The position numbers and the translations under genes were made by a program. From Eledone cirrhosa (Eukaryota), in NCBI GenBank assembly GCA_964016885.1, contig OZ024741.1, positions 363,444,001-363,508,000 on the forward strand: a DNA stretch of 64,000 nucleotides, read 5' to 3'. The notes under the pieces were generated by a model. The model ran no database searches, was not told the DNA's origin, and saw only the letters and a program-made list of their open reading frames with translations. How positions within the stretch are numbered: position 1 is the stretch's first letter; each line of letters starts with the position of its first letter. This document shows, one piece after another, positions 53,401 to 64,000 of this stretch.

Positions 53401-56400
53401 TATAGCTTTGGTTAAGAAGGTTATTTCACAATAACATAAATGTAGGTATAGCTTGGGTTAAGAAGGTTATTTCACAATAAAATAGATGTAGGTATAGCTT
53501 GGGTTAAGAAGGTTGTTTTACAATAACATAGATGTAGGTATAGCTGTGGTTAAGAAGACTATTTCACAATAACATAGATGTAGGTATAGCTTGGGTTAAG
53601 AAGGTTATTTCACAATAACATAGATGTAGGTATAGCTGTGGTTAAGAAGGTGATTCCACAATAACATAGATGTAGGTATAGCTGTGGTTGAGAAGGTTGT
53701 TTTACAATAAGATAGATGTAGGTATAGCTTGGGTTAAGAAGGTTATTTCACAATAACATAGATGTAGGTATAGCTGTGGTTAAGAAGGTTGTTTTACAAT
53801 AACATAGATGTAGGTATAGCTGTGGTTAAGAAGGTTGTTTTACAATAACATAGATGTAGGTATAGCTTGGGTTAAGAAGGTTATTTCACAATAACATAGA
53901 TGTAGGTATAGCTGTGGTTAAGAAGGTGATTCCACAATAACATAGATGTAGGTATAGCTGTGGTTGAGAAGGTTATTTCACAATAACATAGATGTAGGTA
54001 TAGCTGTGGTTGAGAAGGTTGTTTTACAATAAGATAGATGTAGGTATAGCTTGGGTTAAGAAGGTTATTTCACAATAACATAGACGTAGGTATAGCTTGG
54101 GTTAAGAAGGTTATTTCACAATAACATAGATGTAGGTATAGCTGTGGTTAAGAAGGTTGTTTCACTATAACATAGATGTAGGTATAGCTGTGGTTAAGAA
54201 GACTATTTCACAATAACATATATGTAGGTATAGCTGTGGTTAAGAAGACTATTTCACAATAACATAGATGTAGGTATAGCTGTGGTTAAGAAGGCTATTT
54301 CACAATAACAAAGATGCAGGTATAGCTGTGGTTAAGAAGACTATTTCACAATAACATAGATGTAGGTATAGCTTGGGTTAAGAAGGTTATTTCACAATAA
54401 CATAGATGTAGGTATAGCTCGGGTTAAGAAGGTTGTTTTACAATAACATAGATGTAGCTATAGCTGTGGTTAAGAAGGTTGTTTCACAATAACATAGATG
54501 TAGGTATAGCTTGGGTTAAGAAGGTTATTTTACAATAACATAGAGGTAGGTATAGCTGTGGTTAAGAAGGTTATTTCACAATAACATTGATGTAGGTATA
54601 GCTGTGGTTAAGAAGGTGATTCCACAATAACATAGATGTAGGTATAGCTGTGGTTGAGAAGGTTATTTCACAATAACATAGACGTAGGTATAGCTGTGGT
54701 TAAGAAGGTTATTTCACAATAACAGAGATGTAGGTATAGCTGTGGTTAACAAGGTTATTTCACAATAACATAGATGTAAGTATAGCTGTGGTTAAGAAGG
54801 TTATTTTACAATAACATAGATGTAGGTATAGCTTGGGTTTAGAAGGTTGTTTTACAATAACCTAGATGTAGGCATAGCTTGGGTTAAGAAGGTTATTTCA
54901 CAATAACACAGATGTAGGTATAGCTGTGGTTAAAAAGGTTATTTCACAATAACATAGATGTAGGTATAGCTGTGCTTAAGAAGGTTGTTTTACAATAACC
55001 TAGATGTAGGTATAGCTTGGGTTAAGAAGGTTATTTCACAATAACACAGATGTAGGTATAGCTGTGGTTCAGCAGACTATTTCACAATAACATAGATGTA
55101 GGTATAGCTGTGGTTAAGAAGACTATTTCACAATAACATAGATGTAGGTATAGCTGTGGTTAAGAAGGCTATTTCACAATAACATAGATGTAGGTATAGC
55201 TGTGGTTAAGAAGACTATTTCACAATAACATAGATGTAGGTATAGCTTGGGTTAAGAAGGTTATTTCACAATAACATAGATGTAGGTATAGCTTGGGTTA
55301 AGAAAGTTATTTCACAATAACCTAGATGTAGGTATAGCTGTGGTTAAGAAGGTTGTTTTACAATAACATAGATGTAGGTATAGCTGTGGTTAAGAAGACT
55401 ATTTCACAATAACATAGATGTAGGTATAGCTTGGGTTAAGAAGGTTGTTTCACAATAACATATATGTAGGTATAGCTGTGGTTAAGAAAGATATTTCACA
55501 ATAACGTAGATGTAGGTATAGCTTGGGTTTAGAAGGTTGTTTTACAATAACCTAGATGTAGGTATAGCTTGGGTTAAGAAGGTTATTTCACAATAACATA
55601 GAGGTAGGTATAGCTGTGGTTAAGAAGGTTGTTTCACAATAACATAGATGTAGGTATAGTTGTGGTTAAGAAGACTATTTCACAATAACATAAATGTAGA
55701 TATAGCTGTGGTTAAGAAGGTTACTTTACAATAACATAGATGTAGGTATAGCTGTGGTTAAGAAGGTTGTTTTACAATAACATAGATGTAGGTATAGCTT
55801 GGGTTAAGAAGGTTGTTTTACAATAACATAGATGTAGGTATAGCTGGGGTTAAGAAGGTTATTTCACAATAACATAGATGTAGGTATAGCTTGGGTTAAG
55901 AAGGTTGTTTTACAATAACATAGATGTAGGTATAGCTGTGGTTAAGAAGCTTGTTATACAATAACATAGATGTAGGTATAGCTGTGGTTAAGAAGGTTAT
56001 TCCACAATAACATAGATGTAGGTATAGCTTGGGTTAAGAAGATTATTTCACAATAACATAGATGTAAGTATAGCTGTGGTTAAGAAGGTTATTTCACAAT
56101 AACATAGATGGAGGTATAGCTGTGGTTAAGAAGGTTCCTTTACAATAACATAGATGTAGGTATAGCTGTGGTTAAGAAGGTTGTTTTACAATAACATAGA
56201 TGTAGGTATAGCTTGGGTTAAGAAGGTTGTTTTACAATAACATAGATGTATGTATAGCTGTGGTTAAGAAGGTTATTTCACAATAACCTAGATGTAGGTA
56301 TAGCTGTGGTTAAGAAGGTTGTTTTACAATAACATAGATGTAGGTATAGCTGTGGTTAAGAAGACTATTTCACGATAACATAGATGTAGGTATAGCTTGG

Positions 56401-59400
56401 GTTAAGAAGGTTGTTTCACAATAACATAGATGTAGGTATAGCTGTGGTTAAGAAGGTTATTTCACAATAACATTGATGTAGGTATAGCTGTGGTTAAGAA
56501 GGTTATTTCACAATAACATAGATGTATGTATAGCTGTGGTTAAGAAGGTTATTTCACAATAACATTGATGTAGGTATAGCTGTGGTTAAGAAGACTATTT
56601 CACAATAACATAGATGTAGGTATAGCTTGGGTTAAGAAGGTTGTTTGACAATAACCTAGATCTAGATATAGCTGTGGTTAAGAAGGTTATTTCACAATAA
56701 CATAGATGCAGGTATAGCTTGGGTTAAGAATGTTATTTCACAATAACATTGACGTAGGTATAGCTGTGGTTAAGAAGGTTATTTCACAATAACATAGATG
56801 TAGGTATAGCTTGGGTTAAGAAGGTTATTTGACAATAACATAGATGTAGGTATAGCTTTGGTTAAGAAGGTTATTTCACAATAACATAGATGTAGGTATA
56901 GCTTGGTTAAGAAGGTTATTTCACAATAAAATAGATGTAGGTATAGCTTGGGTTAAGAAGGTTGTTTTACAATAACAAAGATGTAGGTATAGCTGTGGTT
57001 AAGAAGACTATTTCACAATAACATAGATGTATGTATAGCTGTGGTTAAGAAGGTTATTTCACAATAACATAGATGTAGGTATAGCTGTGGTTAAGAAGGT
57101 TATTTCACTATAACATAGATGTAGGTATAGCTTGGGTTAAGAAGGTTATTTCACAATAACATAGATATAGGTATAGCTTGGGTTAAGAAGACTATTTCAG
57201 AATAACATAGATGTAGGTATAGCTTGGGTTAAGAAGGTTGTTTCACTATAACATAGATGTAGGTATAGCTGTGGTTAAGAAGGTTGTTTTACAATAACAT
57301 AGATGTAGGTATAGCTTGGGTTAAGAAGGTTGTTTCACAATAACATAGATGTAGGTATAGCTGTGGTTAAGAAGGTTGGTTTACAATAACATAGATATAG
57401 GTATAGCTGTGGTTGAGAAGGTTGTTTTACAATAACATAGATGTAGGTATAGCTGTGGTTAAGAAGACTATTTCACAATAACATAGATGTAGGTATAGCT
57501 TGCGTTAAGAAGGTTGTTTCACAATAACATAGATGTAGGTATAGCTGTGGTTAAGAAGGTTGTTTTACCATAACATAGATGTAGGTATAGCTTGGGTTAA
57601 GAAGGTTGTTTCACAATAACATAGATGTAGGTATAGCTGTGGTTAAGAAGGTTGTTTTACAATAACATAGATGTAGGTATAGCTGTGGTTAAGAAGACTA
57701 TTTCACAATAACATAGATGTAGGTATAGCTTTGGTTAAGAAGGTTATTTCACTATAACATAGATGTAGGTATAGCTGTGGTTAAGAAGGTTATTTCACAA
57801 TAACATTGATGTAGGTATAGCTGTGGTTAAGAAGGTGATTCCACAATAACATAGATGTAGGTATAGCTGTGGTTGAGAAGGTTATTTCACAATAACATAG
57901 ATGTAGGTATAGCTGTGGTTAAGAAGGTTGTTTTACAATAACATAGATGTAGGTATAGCTTGGGTTAAGAAGGTTATTTCACAATAACATAGATGTAGGT
58001 ATAGCTGTGGTTGAGAAGGTTGTTTTACAATAACATAGATGTAGGTATAGCTGGGGTTAAGAAGGTTATTTCACAATAACATAGATGTAGGTATAGCTTG
58101 GGTTAAGAAGGTTGTTTTACAATAACATAGATGTAGGTATAGCTGTGGTTAAGTAGGTTGTTTTACAATAACATAGATGTAGGTATAGCTTGGGTTAAGA
58201 AGGTTATTTCACAATAACATAGATGTAGGTATAGCTGTGGTTAAGAAGGTTATTCCACAATAACATAGATGTAGGTATAGCTTGGGTTAAGAAGGTTATT
58301 TCACAATAACATAGATGTAGATATAGCTGTGGTTAAGAAGGTTGGTTTACAATAAGATAGATGTAGGTATAGCTTGGGTTAAGAAGGTTATTTCACAATA
58401 ACATAGACGTAGGTATAGCTGTGGTTAAGAAGACTATTTCACAATAACATATATGTAGGTATAGCTGTGGTTAAGAAGACTATTTCACAATAACATAGAT
58501 GTAGGTATAGCTGTGGTTAAGAAGGCTATTTCACAATAACAAAGATGTAGGTATAGCTGTGGTTAAGAAGACTATTTCACAATAACATAGATGTAGGTAT
58601 AGCTTGGGTTAAGAAGGTTATTTCACAATAACATAGATGTAGGTATAGCTCGGGTTAAGAAGGTTGTTTTACAATAACATAGATGTAGCTATAGCTGTGG
58701 TTAAGAAGGTTGTCTCACAATAACATAGAGGTAGGTATAGCTGTGGTTAAGAAGGTTGTTTCACAATAACATAGATGTGGGTATAGTTGTGGTTAAGAAG
58801 ACTATTTCACAATAACATAGATGTAGATATAGCTGTGGTTAAGAAGGTTGTTTTACAATAACATAGATGTAGGTATAGCTTGGGTCAAGAAGGTTATTTC
58901 ACAATAACATAGATGTAGGTATAGCTGTGGTTGAGAAGGTTGTTTTACAATAACATAGATGTAGGTATAGCTGGGGTTAAGAAGGTTATTTCACAATAAC
59001 ATAGATGTAGGTATAGCTTGGGTTAAGAAGGTTGTTTTACAATAACATAGATGTAGGTATAGCTGGGGTTAAGAAGGTTATTTCACAATAACATAGATCT
59101 AGGTATAGCTTGGGTTAAGAAGGTTGTTTTACAATAACATAGATGTGGGTATAGCTGTGGTTAAGAAGGTTGTTTTACAATAACATAGATGTAGGCATAG
59201 CTTGGGTTAAGAAGGTTATTTCACAATAACATAGATGTAGGTATAGCTGTGGTTAAGAAGGTTATTCCACAATAACATAGATGTAGGTATAGCTGTGGTT
59301 AAGAAGGTTGTTTTACAATAAGATAGATGTAGGTATAGCTTGGGTTAAGAAGGTTATTTCACAATAACATAGACGTAGGTATAGCTTGGGTTAAGAAGGT

Positions 59401-59580
59401 TATTTCACAATAACATAGATGTAGGTATAGCTGTGGTTAAGAAGACTATTTCACAATAACATAGATGTAGGTATAGCTGTGGTTAAGAAGACTATTTCAC
59501 AATAACATAGATGTAGGTATAGCTGTGGTTAAGAAGACTATTTCACAATAACATAGATGTAGGTATAGCTGTGGTTAAGA
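41500..59580 (+). repeat. Tandem ~9-kb duplication (~41500-50420 vs ~50420-59580; 194-200 monomers)
   Basis: Offsets are 8899 (CAAAGATGC 41692/50591; AAGTAGG 42310/51209; CATAAATG 44540/53439), then 9175 (45142/54317; 47481/56656), then 9129 (AGATCTAGG 49970/59099). This means +6 and then -1 whole monomers in the second copy. Confidence 0.9.
41890..43910 (+). repeat. 22-monomer (1012-bp) tandem duplication, also at ~50790-52810
   Basis: AAGTAGG marker at 42310/43322 and 51209/52221 (1012=22x46). Confidence 0.88.
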
Positions 59581-62500
59581 CGGCTATTTCACAATAACAA
59601 AGATGTAGGTATAGCTGTGGTTAAGAAGACTATTTCACAATAACATAGACGTAGGTATAGCTGTGGTTAAGAAGGTTATTTCACAATAACAGAGATGTAG
59701 GTATAGCTGTGGTTAACAAGGTTATTTCACAATAACATAGATGTAAGTATAGCTGTGGTTAAGAAGGTTATTTCACAATAACATAGATGTAGGTATAGCT
59801 TGGGTTTAGAAGGTTGTTTTACAATAACCTAGATGTAGGCATAGCTTGGGTTAAGAAGGTTATTTCACAATAACACAGATGTAGGTATAGCTGTGGTTAA
59901 AAAGGTTATTTCACAATAACATAGATGTAGGTATAGCTGTGCTTAAGAAGGTTGTTTTACGATAACCTAGATGTAGGTATAGCTGTGGTTAAGAAGGTTA
60001 TTTCACAATAACACAGATGTAGGTATAGCTGTGGTTCAGCAGACTATTTCACAATAACATAGATGTAGGTATAGCTGTGGTTAAGAAGACTATTTCACAA
60101 TAACATAGATGTAGGTATAGCTGTGGTTAAGAAGGCTATTTCACAATAACATAGATGTAGGTATAGCTGTGGTTAAGAAGACTATTTCACAATAACATAG
60201 ATGTAGGTATAGCTTGGGTTAAGAAGGTTATTTCACAATAACATAGATGTAGGTATAGCTTGGGTTAAGAAAGTTATTTCACAATAACCTAGATGTAGGT
60301 ATAGCTGTGGTTAAGAAGGTTGTTTTACAATAACATTGATGTAGGTATAGCTGTGGTTAAGAAGACTATTTCACAATAACATAGATGTAGGTATAGCTTG
60401 GGTTAAGAAGGTTGTTTCACAATAACATATATGTAGGTATAGCTGTGGTTAAGAAGGATATTTCACAATAACGTAGATGTAGGTATAGCTTGGGTTTAGA
60501 AGGTTGTTTTACAATAACCTAGATGTAGGTATAGCTAGGGTTAAGAAGGTTATTTCACAATAACATAGAGGTAGGTATAGCTGTGGTTAAGAAGGTTGTT
60601 TCACAATAACATAGATGTAGGTATAGTTGTGGTTAAGAAGACTATTTCACAATAACATAGATGTAGATATAGCTGTGGTTAAGAAGGTTATTTTACAATA
60701 ACATAGATGTAGGTATAGCTGTGGTTAAGAAGGTTGTTTTACAATAACATAGATGTAGGTATAGCTTGGGTTAAGAAGGTTGTTTCACAATAACATAGAT
60801 GTAGGTATAGCTGTGGTTAAGAAGGTTGGTTTACAATAACATAGATATAGGTATAGCTGTGGTTGAGAAGGTTGTTTTACAATAACATAGATGTAGGTAT
60901 AGCTGTGGTTAAGAAGACTATTTCACAATAACATAGATGTAGGTATAGCTTGCGTTAAGAAGGTTGTTTCACAATAACATAGATGTAGGTATAGCTGTGG
61001 TTAAGAAGGTTGTTTTACCATAACATAGATGTAGGTATAGCTTGGGTTAAGAAGGTTGTTTCACAATAACATAGATGTAGGTATAGCTGTGGTTAAGAAG
61101 GTTGTTTTACAATAACATAGATGTAGGTATAGCTGTGGTTAAGAAGACTATTTCAGAATAACATAGATGTAGGTATAGCTTGGGTTAAGAAGGTTGTTTC
61201 ACTATAACATAGATGTAGGTATAGCTGTGGTTAAGAAGGTTGTTTTACAATAACATAGATGTAGGTATAGCTTGGGTTAAGAAGGTTGTTTCACAATAAC
61301 ATAGATGTAGGTATAGCTGTGGTTAAGAAGGTTGGTTTACAATAACATAGATATAGGTATAGCTGTGGTTGAGAAGGTTGTTTTACAATAACATAGATGT
61401 AGGTATAGCTGTGGTTAAGAAGACTATTTCACAATAACATAGATGTAGGTATAGCTTGCGTTAAGAAGGTTGTTTCACAATAACATAGATGTAGGTATAG
61501 CTGTGGTTAAGAAGGTTGTTTTACCATAACATAGATGTAGGTATAGCTTGGGTTAAGAAGGTTGTTTCACAATAACATAGATGTAGGTATAGCTGTGGTT
61601 AAGAAGGTTGTTTTACAATAACATAGATGTAGGTATAGCTGTGGTTAAGAAGACTATTTCACAATAACATAGATGTAGGTATAGCTTTGGTTAAGAAGGT
61701 TATTTCACTATAACATAGATGTAGGTATAGCTGTGGTTAAGAAGGTTATTTCACAATAACATTGATGTAGGTATAGCTGTGGTTAAGAAGGTGATTCCAC
61801 AATAACATAGATGTAGGTATAGCTGTGGTTGAGAAGGTTATTTCACAATAACATAGATGTAGGTATAGCTGTGGTTAAGAAGGTTGTTTTACAATAACAT
61901 AGATGTAGGTATAGCTTGGGTTAAGAAGGTTATTTCACAATAACATAGATGTAGGTATAGCTGTGGTTGAGAAGGTTGTTTTACAATAACATAGATGTAG
62001 GTATAGCTGGGGTTAAGAAGGTTATTTCACAATAACATAGATGTAGGTATAGCTTGGGTTAAGAAGGTTGTTTTACAATAACATAGATGTAGGTATAGCT
62101 GTGGTTAAGTAGGTTGTTTTACAATAACATAGATGTAGGTATAGCTTGGGTTAAGAAGGTTATTTCACAATAACATAGATGTAGGTATAGCTGTGGTTAA
62201 GAAGGTTATTCCACAATAACATAGATGTAGGTATAGCTTGGGTTAAGAAGGTTATTTCACAATAACATAGATGTAGATATAGCTGTGGTTAAGAAGGTTG
62301 GTTTACAATAAGATAGATGTAGGTATAGCTTGGGTTAAGAAGGTTATTTCACAATAACATAGACGTAGGTATAGCTGTGGTTAAGAAGACTATTTCACAA
62401 TAACATATATGTAGGTATAGCTGTGGTTAAGAAGACTATTTCACAATAACATAGATGTAGGTATAGCTGTGGTTAAGAAGGCTATTTCACAATAACAAAG

Positions 62501-64000
62501 ATGTAGGTATAGCTGTGGTTAAGAAGACTATTTCACAATAACATAGATGTAGGTATAGCTTGGGTTAAGAAGGTTATTTCACAATAACATAGATGTAGGT
62601 ATAGCTCGGGTTAAGAAGGTTGTTTTACAATAACATAGATGTAGCTATAGCTGTGGTTAAGAAGGTTGTCTCACAATAACATAGAGGTAGGTATAGCTGT
62701 GGTTAAGAAGGTTGTTTCACAATAACATAGATGTGGGTATAGTTGTGGTTAAGAAGACTATTTCACAATAACATAGATGTAGATATAGCTGTGGTTAAGA
62801 AGGTTGTTTTACAATAACATAGATGTAGGTATAGCTTGGGTCAAGAAGGTTATTTCACAATAACATAGATGTAGGTATAGCTGTGGTTGAGAAGGTTGTT
62901 TTACAATAACATAGATGTAGGTATAGCTGGGGTTAAGAAGGTTATTTCACAATAACATAGATGTAGGTATAGCTTGGGTTAAGAAGGTTGTTTTACAATA
63001 ACATAGATGTAGGTATAGCTGGGGTTAAGAAGGTTATTTCACAATAACATAGATCTAGGTATAGCTTGGGTTAAGAAGGTTGTTTTACAATAACATAGAT
63101 GTGGGTATAGCTGTGGTTAAGAAGGTTGTTTTACAATAACATAGATGTAGGCATAGCTTGGGTTAAGAAGGTTATTTCACAATAACATAGATGTAGGTAT
63201 AGCTGTGGTTAAGAAGGTTATTCCACAATAACATAGATGTAGGTATAGCTGTGGTTAAGAAGGTTGTTTTACAATAAGATAGATGTAGGTATAGCTTGGG
63301 TTAAGAAGGTTATTTCACAATAACATAGACGTAGGTATAGCTTGGGTTAAGAAGGTTATTTCACAATAACATAGATGTAGGTATAGCTGTGGTTAAGAAG
63401 ACTATTTCACAATAACATAGATGTAGGTATAGCTGTGGTTAAGAAGACTATTTCACAATAACATAGATGTAGGTATAGCTGTGGTTAAGAAGACTATTTC
63501 ACAATAACATAGATGTAGGTATAGCTGTGGTTAAGACGGCTATTTCACAATAACAAAGATGTAGGTATAGCTGTGGTTAAGAAGACTATTTCACAATAAC
63601 ATAGACGTAGGTATAGCTGTGGTTAAGAAGGTTATTTCACAATAACAGAGATGTACGTATAGCTGTGGTTAACAAGGTTATTTCACAATAACATAGATGT
63701 AAGTATAGCTGTGGTTAAGAAGGTTATTTCACAATAACATAGATGTAGGTATAGCTTGGGTTTAGAAGGTTGTTTTACAATAACCTAGATGTAGGCATAG
63801 CTTGGGTTAAGAAGGTTATTTCACAATAACACAGATGTAGGTATAGCTGTGGTTAAAAAGGTTATTTCACAATAACATAGATGTAGGTATAGCTGTGCTT
63901 AAGAAGGTTGTTTTACGATAACCTAGATGTAGGTATAGCTGTGGTTAAGAAGGTTATTTCACAATAACACAGATGTAAGTATAGCTGTGGTTCAGCAGAC
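57190..64000 (+). repeat. 86-monomer-offset (3956-bp) duplication (~57190-60040 vs ~61146-64000, truncated by window end)
   Basis: CTTGCGTT 57503/61459, AGATCTAGG 59099/63055 and TTAACAAGG 59717/63673 are all offset 3956=86x46. TGTCTCAC is shared at ~58713 and ~62669. Confidence 0.9.

Larger units (their letters stand above)
1..64000. repeat. 46-bp satellite DNA tandem array (~1,390 monomers), consensus GAAGGTTATTTCACAATAACATAGATGTAGGTATAGCTGTGGTTAA
   Basis: GAAGG starts recur at 1, 47, 93 and onward. The same unit continues to base 64000 in one orientation with only substitutions and a few 1-, 2-, 6-, 12- and 24-bp deletions. Common polymorphisms are at monomer positions 5-8 (GTTA/GTTG/ACTA/GCTA), 12 (C/T) and 39-40 (GT/TG). 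Confidence 0.99.

Noticed and set aside
1-64000. CRISPR array (GTT...AAC palindromic element; 46 bp resembles some long type II-C repeats)
   Set aside because: There are no unique spacers, since the sequence between hairpins is the same in every unit. There is no leader or cas gene, and variation is by point mutation and block duplication.
1-64000. Repetitive protein-coding ORF on either strand
   Set aside because: 46 is not divisible by 3, so every triplet is read in frame once per 138 nt. The + strand has several TAA/TAG per monomer and the - strand has TAA twice plus TGA, so no long ORF is possible.
1-64000. Transposon insertion, inversion or embedded unique sequence
   Set aside because: None seen on reading through. 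Every phase shift I tracked is accounted for by 1-, 2-, 6-, 12- or 24-bp deletions.
1-64000. Purely artefactual concatemer (rolling-circle or adapter multimer)
   Set aside because: Variants are shared in nested, collinear, hierarchical blocks rather than random, and the unit matches no adapter I recognise. The copy number of the largest duplications could still be mis-assembled.
1-64000. Stable G-quadruplex-forming array
   Set aside because: The runs are mostly GG separated by 8-24 nt loops, with at most one GGG(G) run per monomer, which does not meet the canonical G3+ pattern.

Overview
The whole 64-kb window is one uninterrupted head-to-tail tandem array of a 46-bp monomer, about 1,390 copies in one orientation, running off both ends. 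The consensus is GAAGGTTATTTCACAATAACATAGATGTAGGTATAGCTGTGGTTAA (about 33% GC, G-rich + strand, no CpG). I see no genes, RNA genes, transposon insertions, inversions or unique DNA, and it is not a CRISPR array because there are no spacers. Size and architecture suggest eukaryotic satellite DNA (centromeric, pericentromeric or subtelomeric), but I cannot name the family or organism. The informative structure lies in the variants. (1) Rare marker monomers reveal nested duplications of 4, 10, 11, 22, 39-40, 46-50, 56, 86 and about 200-209 monomers over a roughly 108-monomer (5 kb) recurring module order. (2) The monomer contains several overlapping quasi-palindromes, and many recurrent transversion variants perfect or extend them. 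(3) The 6- and 12-bp deletions sit at internal microhomologies. Offsets were counted by hand from marker positions, and block boundaries are approximate to 1-2 monomers.
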